From: Eledone cirrhosa | Taxonomy: Eukaryota | DNA length: 64,000 nt | Direction: 5' to 3' | Assembly (NCBI GenBank): GCA_964016885.1 | Contig: OZ024763.1 | Span: 15,934,001 to 15,998,000 of the forward strand | Shown: positions 25,001 through 37,452 of the stretch, piece after piece | Layout of the letters: the number at the start of each line of letters is the position of its first letter | Position numbering within the stretch: position 1 is the stretch's first letter | The notes under the pieces: model-generated | What the model saw: only the letters and a program-made list of their open reading frames with translations | Told to the model about the DNA's origin: nothing | Database searches by the model: none | Translations under genes and position numbers: made by a program

Positions 25001-25385
25001 TCCTGCTCTACCTTTCATTGAGCCTACATTGATGGTACCAACTCGGAGTTTTGGGCATTTGTCGACACTCGTAGGGAAGGGTCTCTGGATTGGCGCTTCA
25101 CATATATATATATGCATATACATACAGATATATATATACATGATGGCTGCCCCCTCGTTATCGAGTAGAGCAGCTGTGTGTGAAGATTTTTTTTAAAGTG
25201 AGGAAAGACTGTGCACTGAGCCAATCCCACTCTCTGAGCGGCAGTAGTTATAACTCCAAAAGAAGAAAAGATCAACACCATCGGTAACTACTGAGCCGCA
25301 TGTTTTATGTCAGAGTTATCCCAGTTTCCTGAGTTGCCTTCTCCTAGAAGAATGCCCTGACAAAGGCTAGGGGCCCTTCACTCCC
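22015..25385 (-). mobile_element. Near full-length decayed RTE-clade LINE (5' UTR, APE, RT with PHD-like finger, 3' UTR, (ATG)n tail)
   Basis: APE motifs GTINV/VQETRW/GDFNGH/SQIDFI in 24245-25141; RT motifs DLEKAFDRV, QGSVLSP, YADD in 22350-23705; internal deletion near 23760. Confidence 0.95.
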
Positions 25386-25664
25386 AGTGTATGTGTATGT
25401 ATGTACGTATGTATATATGTATGTATGTATATGTATATATGTATGATTGTGTGAATGTATGTATGTATATACGTGTGTGTGTATGGCTATGTTTGTGTAT
25501 GTGTATGCTTGTACACACATGTATATATATGTATGTGTATGTGTGTATATATACATATATATGTATATATATGTGTGTATATGTGTGTGTGTGTGTGTGT
25601 ATGTATGAATGTATGTATGTGTATGTGTATATAAGTGTATGTTTTATATATATGTGTATGTGTA

Positions 25665-25707
<43 letters not shown>

Positions 25708-25860
25708 GCGTGTATGTATGCTTTTGTGTTTCTGTGTGTGTGTTTGCATGTGTAGTTTTATTTTATTTTTCCTTTCCTTCTTCCTTCTCCAGCCTCACTT
25801 TCATATAGATTGCATTTTTGTTTTTTAAAATCCAAATTCAATAAACAAACCAGGATTTTT

Positions 25861-25916
25861 TCATTCTGAGGATTGAAAGCAAAACCTTTTGCTTTTAAGA
25901 AACCACTGGTAAATGG
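25861..25916 (+). ncRNA. Type-I hammerhead motif, same family as 15139
   Basis: TCATT-CTGAGGA-TTGAAAGCAAAA(CC)TTTTGCTTTTAA-GAAA-CCACTGG-TA-AATGG. Confidence 0.75.
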
Positions 25917-26066
25917 AATAATTGCCTTATGTTGTTTATTACATAATAATATATATATATATATATGTAAAACATGGGGAGAAGAATACTGCATGGTTGC
26001 ACATGGATTACATATTATAAAATTAGTCCCTCATCAGTGATTTGCCAACCATCATTGGTATTTCAT

Positions 26067-26109
<43 letters not shown>

Positions 26110-26375
26110 TCAGACCGGGTGATGTGTTGTTTCCTTGAGCAAGACACTTTATTTGACGTTGCTCCAGTTTACTCAGCTGTAGAAATGAGCTGATAGGGAC
26201 TGGGGTCCACTGCAAAGTGGTTGTGGAGGTGCCACGGCAAAAAAGCACCCAGCACTCACTGTAAAAGAGGTTGGTGTTAGGAAGGGCATCCAGCTGTAGA
26301 AATCAAGCCAGAATTAGTTCTCGTCCCACCCTTGCAAGCAGGGAAAAGCGGACGTAAAATGATGATATATATATA

Positions 26376-26429
<54 letters not shown>

Positions 26430-26439
26430 TATATATATA

Positions 26440-26857
26440 GTATTAAGGATACTATTTATGGTTATGTATATAATAAAACCTTTTATGGTTATATATTTTT
26501 TTTTATACAAACCCCAAATAGTGAAAGATAGTCATTCATTACTATCTTATTACCAGTAAGATAAATAGCTCAATGTAATAACATCGGTTGTTTTACAGAG
26601 CAGTTATATAGAGATTACAATAATCCAAGTTCAGTTTAAATCATTCATTTAATCAATAAATGATTTAAACTGAACTTTGATTATTGTAATCTCTCTCTCT
26701 ATGCCCTTCCTAACACCAACCTCTTTTACAGTGAGTGCTGGGTGCTTTTTTGCCGTGGCACCTCCACAACCACTTTGCAGTGGACCCCAGTCCCTATCAG
26801 CTCATTTCTACAGCTGAGTAAACTGGAGCAACGTCAAATAAATATATATATATATGC

Positions 26858-26892
<35 letters not shown>

Positions 26893-27100
26893 TTACAATA
26901 ATCAAAGTTCAGTTTAAATCATTTATTGATTAAATGAATGATTTAAACTGAACTTGGATTATTGTAATCTCTATATAACTGCTCTGTAAAACAACCGATG
27001 TTATTACATTGAGCTATTTATCTTACTGGTAATAAGATAGTAATGAATGACTATCTTTCACTATTTGGGGTTTGTATAAAAAAAAATATATAACCATAAA
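26440..27100. repeat. About 240-bp inverted repeat enclosing an inverted SINE B fragment
   Basis: 26455-26700 is the reverse complement of 26880-27100. Confidence 0.9.
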
Positions 27101-27134
27101 AAATATATAACCATAAAATATATAACCATAAAAG

Positions 27135-28318
27135 GCTTCAGAGAGGGTAGATCAACCACCAGTCACATCCTGATGCTGAGGAGGATATTAGAGGGAGCTA
27201 GAGCAAAGTGCCTTCCTGCGGTCATGGTTTTCATTGACTTTAGGAAGGCCTTTGATTCTGTGGACCGTTACTGCCTGATGAAGATCTTACAGGCTTATGG
27301 AATCCCCAAGAGGATAGTGGACCTGATATCACTGCTCTACACCAACACCAAAGCCCAAGTCATTACACCTGATGGGATGACAGAGTTCTTTGAGATACTG
27401 GCTGGAGTGCTCCAGGGAGATACATTGGCTCCCTACCTTTTTATCATCGTAGTGGACTATTGTATGCGCCTTGCACTGGAGAAACACCAGGACTCTGGCT
27501 TTACTGTAGCACCGGCTCAGAGCAGGAGAGTCGGGGCGAAAAAGGTATCGAATGCTGAGTTTCCCGACGACATAGTTTTGGTGACAAATACAGTGAAGGA
27601 GGCAGAGGATTTGATGCGGGAGGTTGAGACTGTGTCGATGAGTGTGGGGCTGAGAATGAATGAGACTAAAACAAAATATCTGGTAGAGAATGTTGAGAAG
27701 CCAGAGGGGATCACTAATGTAGGCGGGAAGCCGCTGGAATTGGTTGAGGACTTCCTGTATTTGGGAGTAAAGATTGGGAATACGGAAGATGATGTGGTTG
27801 AGAGGAAGAGCAAGGCCTGGGCGGCGTGTCACAGCTTGAGATCGGTGTGGAGGTTAGACCTTCGTAGAGACCTGAAAATCCGCCTCTTCATTGCTGTAGT
27901 GGAGTCTGTGCTGCTGTATGGGTCTGAGACTTGGACACTGACCAAGAGACTCACTCAGATGGTGGATGGGTGCTACACGAGAATGCTGAGGATGGCTCTG
28001 AACATTAATCAGTATACACTGAGGATGAAAAACTCAGAGCTGTATGGGAGCATCCCAAAAGTCAGCTCAAAAGTGACACAGAGAAGACTGAGGTTGGCTG
28101 GACATGCTCACCGACATCCAGAGTTGACATTGCACTCAGTGCTCCTTTGGGAGCCCCTACATGGACACACTAGAAGAGGAAGACCAAGGTTAACATATGT
28201 TGATGCCCTAAGGACAGACACTGGTCTGTTGGAGATGCAGGATATGGCAGCGATGATGAGGGACAGAGACCGCTGGAGAGAACTCGTCCATGGATCTCGG
28301 GAATTTTACCCGCCTTAG
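27135..28318 (+). mobile_element. 5'-truncated RTE/RTEX-like LINE (RT)
   Basis: FIDFRKAFDSV, GVLQGDTLAPYLF, EFPDD (degenerate YADD), FLYLG, LLYGSETW, GRPR; deleted copy at 49383-49828. Confidence 0.92.
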
Positions 28319-28331
28319 ATAGATGCATATA

Positions 28332-28390
<59 letters not shown>

Positions 28391-29459
28391 TTTAGTACAG
28401 CATTGACGAAGCTTTAGAATACGGCCAAGCTAACGTATGCATAATCGGTCTGTAGCTTGAGCACTCAGATGAGGAAAGACCCCAGAGTAATAACATTACG
28501 TTCAGACAGCTTAGCAAATCAGATATAGCGGTCGGCAGTCCAGCCGCATCACTAGAGCAACGAAAATACAGGACCCAGGAAAAAGATAATATATGTATAT
28601 ATATATAATAATAAAGTATATATCCCTACACGCAAAAAGCATCTAGGGACACATGTATTGTCCAACCATATGCCAATGTGGTTCAATGGCAGGTTAATAA
28701 ATTAACGAGCCAGAACATATATAATCAAGGTTTAGCAAATATATATATATATCAATAGTATCATCATCATTTTACGTCCGCTTTTCCCTGCTTGCAAGGG
28801 TGGGACGGGAATTGATTCTGGCTTAATTTCTACAGCTGGATGCCCTTCCTAACACCAACCTCATTTACAGTGAGTGCTGGGTGCATTTTTTCCATGGCGC
28901 CTACACGTCCACTTTTCAGTAGAATGACAGTGACCCCAGTCCCTATCATCTCATTTCTACAGCTGAGTAAACAGGAGCAATGTGAAATAAAGTGTCTTGC
29001 TCAAGGAAACAACACATCACGCGGTCTGAGAATTGAACTCACAACCTTTCGATTGCAAGGCCAATGCACTAACCACTAAGCCATGTATATATATATATAT
29101 ATATGTGTACGTGTGCATACTTACAAACACACTGTATATGTTGGTTTATTATTGGAAAGGGATGAGGTGTTTCACTACTTTCAGAGATGCAAGGGAGTTA
29201 ACCTCGTATAAGTTTAAGAATAAGTCAGTGTGTTTATGGACATGTAACTTTACAGAAAGGGAGATAATTTTTTATCTTTACAGATCTAAGCCAATTTAAT
29301 TTAATTTACAGATGTTGTTGATGATGATGATGGTGGTGGAGATGATGATGATGATGATGGTGAGGATGGTAATGGTGATGATGATATTATACATAATCTC
29401 TTCACACTCTTATTCCTGTGAAGATTGCACGTGTCTGTGTGTGTGTGTGTGTGTGCAAT

Positions 29460-29750
29460 ACTTCTTTCAGTGGGTCCTGACAGAAGCGACCATTCCCAAA
29501 TGATCCAGCTGGATCCCCAAGCGTGACCAGCCCGAGCTCGCTTTTCATCTACCTCTGGATCTCCTGCCAGTTGGTTTTGCCCATAAAAATCCGTCCAGTG
29601 AATCTTTCCCCAAGACATTCTAACTGTATGTCTGTAGTATCGGAGCTGTGATATCTCAGTTCGGGGAAGGAGCGATTCTCTGATCTCCAAGTGACGGACA
29701 CTATTGAGTAATACTACTCCAAAGACCCTTTCAAGGAACTCCATTTAGGC
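29460..29750 (-). mobile_element. RTE LINE 3' fragment related to 39900-41660
   Basis: LEIRESLL..SQLRYY.H.VRMS peptide. Confidence 0.7.
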
Positions 29751-30981
29751 TGTACCTTTTTCATCATCATCATCATCATCATTTTACGCCCGCTTTTCCC
29801 TGCTTGCAAGGGTTGAATGGGAACTGATTCTGGCTTTATTTCTACAGCTGGATGCCCTTCCTAACACCAACCTCATTTACAGTGAGTGCTGGGTGCTTTT
29901 TTTCCGTGGCGCCTACACGTCCACTTTGCAGTGGAATGATAGGGACCCCAGTCCTATCATCTCATTTCTACAGCTGAGTAAACTGGAGCAATGTGAAATA
30001 AAGTGTCTTGCTCAAGGAAACAACACATCACCCGGTCTGAGAATTGAACTCACAACCTTTCGATTGCAAGGCCAATGCTCTAACTACTAAGCCATGTGCC
30101 TCCATTTGCGATTGTATTTTTTCAGTCATTGTCCCAGAATCATGACCAAACACAAATTAATATGATAAATGTCCTATTTCTTCTAACAAAGTTCATGCCA
30201 ACCCAAAATAACAACATCCAGTCCAAATAAATGAGATCGAGATTGTGTAGGTGTCACGACAAAAAAAAACACACAGTCCACGCTGTAATGTGGCTTGTAG
30301 GTAACAAGGTAAAAAGTTCCCAGTTCCACACTGTAAATGTGGTTGGAAGGGCATCCAGCCGTAGAAAACCTGCCAGATAGTCCTATACGAGCGAGACACG
30401 GCCACCCAACCAACCTTGCCTCAAATTGGGACAACTCCCATCTAACCCATGCTAGCATGGAAGATGGACGTTAAACAATGATGATGATGATGATGATGGT
30501 CTTCACTGAAAGACATCCCGATCCCTTCTAACCACACATACATGTGTCTGATTATTCAAAATACCAACTCATTCATCAGGTGTATGAGATGGCATGCATT
30601 CCACTCCGACAAAAGGACCCAGTACCATGGACAGGAGTACTCCGAAACCCACCTCAACCCTTTAGTATTTACATATTGGTCATATATAGAGTAGCTGTGT
30701 TTTTAAAGTTACATAGGCTAGGAAATCGTGGTTCCTAGCAACGCAAAACAAACATGCGAAATCTTAAAATTTTACATTAGGCTGATTTGACAGAGATAGA
30801 ATAAGATAAGTTGAAATTTTGTCAATTTCCTTCTTTCGATGTTTATTTATATATATATATACTATTGTCTGTTTGTTTTTATATAACTGCTAATATATAT
30901 ATATGCCCGTTGTGTGCATCCATATATTCCTAACGGAAAAATTGGTCATATATAGAATAGCCGTGTTTTTAAAGTAACATA

Positions 30982-32073
30982 GGCAACCCGTCAAGGAGAG
31001 CTACCACTCTGAATAAATTGGTGCGGGGTAGAGAAGTCCCCTACCTCCAGTAAGACAACTTCCCAAGTGCTGGTGGCACAAATAAAAGCATCCAGTCCAT
31101 GCTGTAAAATGGAGGGGTGGATAGGGCCCCTGAGTCCAGTAAGACAACTTCCCAAGTGCTGGTGGCACAAATAAAAGCACCCAGTCCATGCTGTAAAATG
31201 GAGGGGTGGATAGGACCCCTGTGTCCAGTAAGACAACTTCCCAAGTGCTGGTGGCACAAATAAAAGCACCCAGTCCATGCTGTAAAATGGAGGGGTGGAT
31301 AGGGCCCCTGAGTCCAGTAAGACAACCCCTCTAGTGCTGGTGGCACAAATAAAAGCACCCAGTCCATGCTGTAAAATGGAGGGGTGGATAGGGCCCCTGA
31401 GTCCAGTAAGACAGCCCCTCTAGTGCTGGTGGCACAAATAAAAGCACCCAGTCCATGCTGTAAAATGGAGGGGTGGATAGGACCCCTGTGTCCAGTAAGA
31501 CAACCCCTCTAGTGCTGGTGGCACAAATAAAAGCACCCAGTCCATGCTGTAAAATGGAGGGGTGACTAGGGCCCCTGAGTCCAGTAAGACAACCCCTCTA
31601 GTGCTGGTGGCACAAATAAAAGCACCCAGTCCATGCTGTAAAATGGAGGGGTGGATAGGGCCCCTGAGTCCAGTAAGACAGCCCCTCTAGTGCTGGTGGC
31701 ACAAATAAAAGCACCCAGTCCATGCTGTAAAATGGAGGGGTGAATAGGGCCCCTGAGTCCAGTAAGACAACCCCTCTAGTGCTGGTGGCACAAATAAAAG
31801 CACCCAGTCCATGCTGTAAAGTGGTGGTGGTGTTAGGAAGGGCATCCAACCATTATATATACTACTGCCAAAAACTATGAGCGCAACAAATGTGAATTGC
31901 AATAACTGCGTAAACAGCAATAACACTAACCATGTTAGGGCTGCGCACGGTAGTGGGGTAGCTGGTGCAGCCAAGTTCGAGAACCCCTCGACTGTCATCA
32001 AGCAATCACACAATATGTTGTCCCACCCTTGCAAGCAGGGAAAAGAGGACGTAAAATGATGATGATGATGATG
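30982..32073 (+). mobile_element. Bipartite non-autonomous RTE derivative containing an 89-bp tandem array (about 9 units, 31040-31830)
   Basis: Resembles 5' UTR at 45158-45460, then joins directly to the LINE/SINE tail GTCCCACCCTTGCAAGCAGGGAAAAG-(ATG)n. Confidence 0.7.
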
Positions 32074-32299
32074 ACTCTATATATACTATTGTATTTTCGT
32101 AGTAAAGGCTTTACCTCACATCATTATTTCCCATAACATCAAATCTATGAGATTTTGATATTATTTATTTTGAGAACAATACATTAACATCAGTATGAGT
32201 GGCCGTTTACAGCTGGTTTGAACAGAAAGAGGTGAGAGAATTCTGGCTGGATACGGCCAGTTTAAATGCTAAAGGGTTAAACAAGCTTTCAGATTCAGG

Positions 32300-33420
32300 A
32301 ACAACCCACCACATAACGGATGGTCTGCAATATCAAATTCAAGAGGAGAACTGCAAGGGACAATTCCAACGCTTACCTAAGAAAACTAAACTCTCGGATT
32401 ACAGACACGAGGAACTGCCTGGATATACTAGTACCCTCAGATAAAACAGGAAACCTGTATAGCTTAGACCACAAAACATCAGGGACTGCCTAACAAAGGA
32501 AATTAACAAAAATTATAGAATTACAGGACAGGACAACCTTACTAGGACTAATGCCATGACCAAGACAATTATGACCGAGTTAGAAATAGATGACAGGACA
32601 CCTAAGATTTCTATTAAGGGCCATAAATCAGATTTAAGAGCCAATCTCCCAGTTAGGTTAATAGCACCTTCCAAGTCTGACATAGGTAGGATCAGTAAGA
32701 CTATAATTGATAGGATATTACTGGAATTGAAGAGCGAAAGTAGACTTAGCTTGTGGACCTCCACTAGGGAAGTGATAGACTGGTTCTCCCAACTAGATAG
32801 GAAACAAGATAAGGTTCATACAACTGGACATAGCAAATTATTACGTGTCAATCTCCCCAATCATTGTAAATAAAGCCCTCGTGAATGCCATGAGGAAGTC
32901 TAACCTCATGAGAAGGGAGGTGGACATAATTATAGTTGCTAGGAAAACGCTTATACAGTACAATGGAAGATTATGGGAGCATAGAGATAGACCTGACAGT
33001 TTTGACATAACCATGGGGTTCAGCGACTACACAGAGGTTACAGATGCAGTAGGAACATATCTCCTGCAGGAGCTGTTGCAGGAAATTCCCCTGGGGTGCC
33101 GAGTGGATTGTATAGAGACGATGCTCTTTTTACCCTAACCAACTAGAGAGAAGGAGGAAAAGGAAAAGAATTAAATACTTTTTTTAACAATACAGACTAA
33201 CGGTAGAGGTTGACCCCAAGACAGAGACTGTGAACTTCTTAGACGTGACACTGGAACTCGACACCGGCATGTACCACAAGCCAAACGAAAGTCTTGAACT
33301 GAGTGTCTACCTAGTCGGCCAATGCACAAATATTCAGCCAGCATGCCAACTACTACAAGAAGGCACTTGCTAGGGCTGGATATGATGAGAAAATCAAATA
33401 CATCCCAGATATAGCCAGGC
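32300..33420 (+). pseudogene. Decayed Penelope-like element reverse transcriptase
   Basis: Across frameshifts: RLIAPSKSDIGRISKTIIDRI, LWTSTREVIDWF, DIANYYVSISP, FDITMGFSDYTEVTDAVGTYLL, GLYRDDAL, VNFLDVTLEL. Confidence 0.75.
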
Positions 33421-34049
33421 CATGTTAAGTGACAAGACTTCCCTCTGATGCCAGTCCATCACAGGTGCTCAAGAACACAACACACAACCCAGTCCAGGGA
33501 TCAAACCCACAGCATTATGATTGTAAGTCCAACCAACACCCTACACATTAGGCCTTGGGCCTCCACAGTCATGTACTGGGGTTGATTTAATCAAACTTTG
33601 CCCCTCCCCCAATCACTGGCCTTGTGCCTATGTTAGAAAGACTTATGAGGAGAGGAGAATCGGTAGAGCATCGGATAAAATACCATTGTGTTATTTATCC
33701 TGGTTCTTTATAGTCTGAGTTCAAATCCCACTGAAGTCAACTTTGCCTTTCATCCTTCTGGGGTCAACAAAATAATCTACCAGTCATGTACTTGGGGTCG
33801 ATTTAATAAACTTTGTCCTTCTGACCAAATTTATTGGGCTTGTGACTAAATTAGATATTGGTCACATGCAAGAAATGAATTGGCAAAATTGGTAGAGTTC
33901 AACTGTCAAGGTCAACTTTGTCTTTCATTTTTTCCAGGGACGAATAGAATAAAGCCCCTGTTACATATTGGGGTTGATTAAACAACCTTGCTCTTCTGAC
34001 TAAACTTGTTCACCTTGTTTTAAAATAGAAATCAATATTATTAAATCCT

Positions 34050-36270
34050 AGAAGGATCCATAGAAGCGGTTGATAGCTTCTGCTACCTAGGTGACCTAAT
34101 TAGCAGTGGATGAGGGTGTCCAGAGAGCTTAATAGCTAGAACAAGGATAGGGTGGAAGAAGTTTAGCCCTTTAATGTTCAAACCGGCCAGAATTCTCTAC
34201 CTTTTTCTGTTGAAACTGGCTGTAACTGGTCGCTCATACTGATGTTAAGGTATTGTTCTCAAAATAAATACTTTCAAAATCTCATAGATTTGATATTATG
34301 TGAGATATTATGTGAGGTAAAGCCTTTACCATGAAAATATAATAGTATATATAGAGTAATGTAAATGTTATGTGAGATATTATGTGAGGTAAAGCCTTTA
34401 CTGTGAAAATATAATAGTATATATAGAGTAATGTAAATGTTATGTGAGATAATTATGTGAGGTAAAACCTTTACCATGAAAATATATTAGTATATATAAA
34501 GTAATGTGAATGTTATGAGATATTATGTAAGGTAAAGCCTTTACCATGAAAATATAATAGTATATATAGAGTAATGTAAATGTTATGTGAGATAATTATG
34601 TGAGGTAAAGCCTTTACCATGAAAATGTAATAGTATATATAGAGTAATGTGAATGTTATGTGAGATATTATATGAGGTAAAGCCTTTACCATGAAAATAT
34701 ATTAGTATATATAAAGTAATGTGAATGTTATGAGATATTATGTAAGGTAAAGCCTTTACCATGAAAATATAATAGTATATATAGAGTAATGTGAATGTTA
34801 TGTGAGATATTATATGAGGTAAAGCCTTTACCATGAAAATATAATAGTATATATAGAGTAATGTGAATGTTATGTGAGATATTATATGAGGTAAAGCCTT
34901 TACCATGAAAATATATTAGTATATATAAAGTAATGTGAATGTTATGAGATATTATGTAAGGTAAAGCCTTTACCATGAAAATATAATAGTATATATAGAG
35001 TAATGTGAATGTTATGTGAGATATTATATGAGGTAAAGCCTTTACCATGAAAATATAATAGTATATATAGAGTAATGTGAATGTTATGTGAGATATTATA
35101 TGAGGTAAAGCCTTTACCATGAAAATATAATAGTATATATAGAGTAATGTGAATGTTATGTGAGATATTATATGAGGTAAAGCCTTTACCATGAAAATAT
35201 ATTAGTATATATAAAGTAATGTGAATGTTATGAGATATTATGTAAGGTAAAGCCTTTACCATGAAAATATAATAGTATATATAGAGTAATGTGAATGTTA
35301 TGTGAGATATTATATGAGGTAAAGCCTTTACCATGAAAATATAATAGTATATATAGAGTAATGTGAATGTTATGTGAGATATTATATGAGGTAAAGCCTT
35401 TACCATGAAAATATAATAGTATATATAGAGTAATGTAAATGTTATGTGAGATATTATATGAGGTAAAGCCTTTACCATGAAAATATAATAGTATATATAG
35501 AGTAATGTAAATGTTATGTGAGATATTATGTGAGGTAAAGCCTTTACCATGAAAATATAATAGTATATATAGAGTAATGTGAATGTTATGTGAGATATTA
35601 TGTGAGGTAAAGACTTTACCATGAAAATATAATAGTATATATAGAGTAATGTAAATGTTATGTGAGGTAAAGACTTTACCATGAAAATATAATAGTATAT
35701 ATAGAGTAATGTAAATGTTATGTGAGATATTATGTGAGGTAAAGACTTTACCATGAAAATATAATAGTATATATAGAGTAATGTAAATGTTATGTGAGAT
35801 ATTATGAGGTAAAGACTTTACCATGAAAATATAATAGTATATATAGAGTAATGTGAATGCTAAAAGGGTTAGAGAGCTACTCCCACTGTGGACAACAAAA
35901 GGCTTCTCTCTGCGACCAGAATGACGGCTGGATGCAAAGTGCTATGTTGCATGGTAGTGAAATGTGCAGCAACTGCAGAGGATATGTGTAGGCTGGATAG
36001 AAATGAAGTAATCATGCTTCGTTGGATAGGCAAAGCTTGGATGAACTGAGGGAGAAGCTGGGTTTAAGAGGAATCAGAAGTAGTGTGGACGAGAGAAGCT
36101 AGTGTTGGTATGGACATGTAATGTGCATGGATGATGATCTCTGGTTGAAAAAGTGCCAGGAAGCCACAGTAGAGGAAAACTAAGGAAGATCTGGGCAGAG
36201 GCTGTGAGAGATTATATCAAATTGCTGAAGATCAAAGAGGAGATGACAAAGGAACGCGACAAGTGGAGGG
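34050..36270 (+). mobile_element. Old RTE RT 3' fragment split by a MITE-satellite insertion
   Basis: VDSFCYLGD...GWKKF at 34070-34165 continues as RELLP at 35873. Confidence 0.75.
34167..35868 (+). repeat. piggyBac-like MITE expanded by an internal about 72-bp minisatellite (about 21 units)
   Basis: CCCTTT...AAAGGG termini, TTAG duplication each side, unit ATGTGAGATATTATATGAGGTAAAGCCTTTACCATGAAAATATAATAG... Confidence 0.9.
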
Positions 36271-36319
36271 ATGCAAGAAAGTAATAATTATTTTCAAAAT
36301 TATTTGAAAATCATAGGTA

Positions 36320-36548
36320 GTGTCTTTCATTAAAAATATGGTAATGAAAGGGTTAAAGACATAGACAGTGTCTTTCATTAGAAATATGGTAATGAAAGGG
36401 TTAAAGACATAGACAGTGTCTTTCATTAGAAATATGGTAATGAAAGGGTTAAAGACATAGACAGTGTCTTTCATTAGAAATATGGTAATGAAAGGGTTAA
36501 AGACATAGACAGTGTCTTTCATTAGAAATATGGTAATGAAAGTGTTAA
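36320..36548. repeat. 48-bp tandem repeat x5 containing a piggyBac-like end (AATGAAAGGGTTAA)
   Basis: GTGTCTTTC at 36320, 36368, 36416, 36464, 36512. Confidence 0.9.
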
Positions 36549-37452
36549 ATAATATTGTTTCTTAATATGGCATTGAAATTAAATTCAAGGACACTTCATT
36601 CTCTATAATTGCTTCCCTTTATCTAGTGCTTTAACCCTTTAACATTTACCCCTTTACGGTCTGAGTTCAAATCCTGTCGAGGTTGACTTTGCCTTTCATC
36701 ATTACGGGGTCAATAAAATAAAGTACCAGTAATGCACTGGGTAATTGCTGGCCTCGTGCCAAAAGTAGAAACAATTATTCTATATATACTATTGTATTTT
36801 CACAGTAAACACTATATTTCACATAATAGCGAATCTAGATCCTCCCTATACACATACTTATTAAATTTTGCTAATCTATCTCCAGCGAAATTTTATTTTA
36901 AGTGGTAAAATTCACATGGCTATTAATTTTCCTTAGACATTAAAAAACATTATACATGACAAAAACAGTACATTACTAGAAATCCCATAAAATAAATAGG
37001 ATGGCTTGGGTTGGGGTCTTAATATGTCAACTAAACGACTAATTCTGGGTTTTTTTTTAAATCAGCAGAGACAACTTAGAAAAATTACCGATCCACCCCT
37101 AATATTTGGGTTTCAAGAGTATGCAAAAACAACAACAAAATACAACCTTCAAAGAAAGAGACAATAAAAAAAAAAAAGAATTATTAGTGTTGTAGTTTGC
37201 TTGAAGCATTGTTGAATAAGAAATATAAATTTAAATAATTTTAAAAGCCATACAATGCATTAGAAAATTAAAGGTGCCAAGATAACAATAGAATCTTACC
37301 TTAGCAAATCTAATAATCCCAAATATTTTCAGGTTTATGAACCCATCTGTTGTTATCCTTTAATGAACCTTTTCTAAATAATTTTCTAATGCATTGTATG
37401 GCTTTTAAAATTATTTAAATTTATAAAGAATTATTATTATATAGTCACTAAC

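Noticed and set aside
31040-31830. Regular arrays resembling CRISPR (also 14002, 36320, 42410, 51675)
   Set aside because: No unique spacers, no cas genes, eukaryotic context; these are tandem repeats.
34583-35824. MVKALPHIISH repeat ORFs
   Set aside because: Product of the 72-bp MITE-derived minisatellite.
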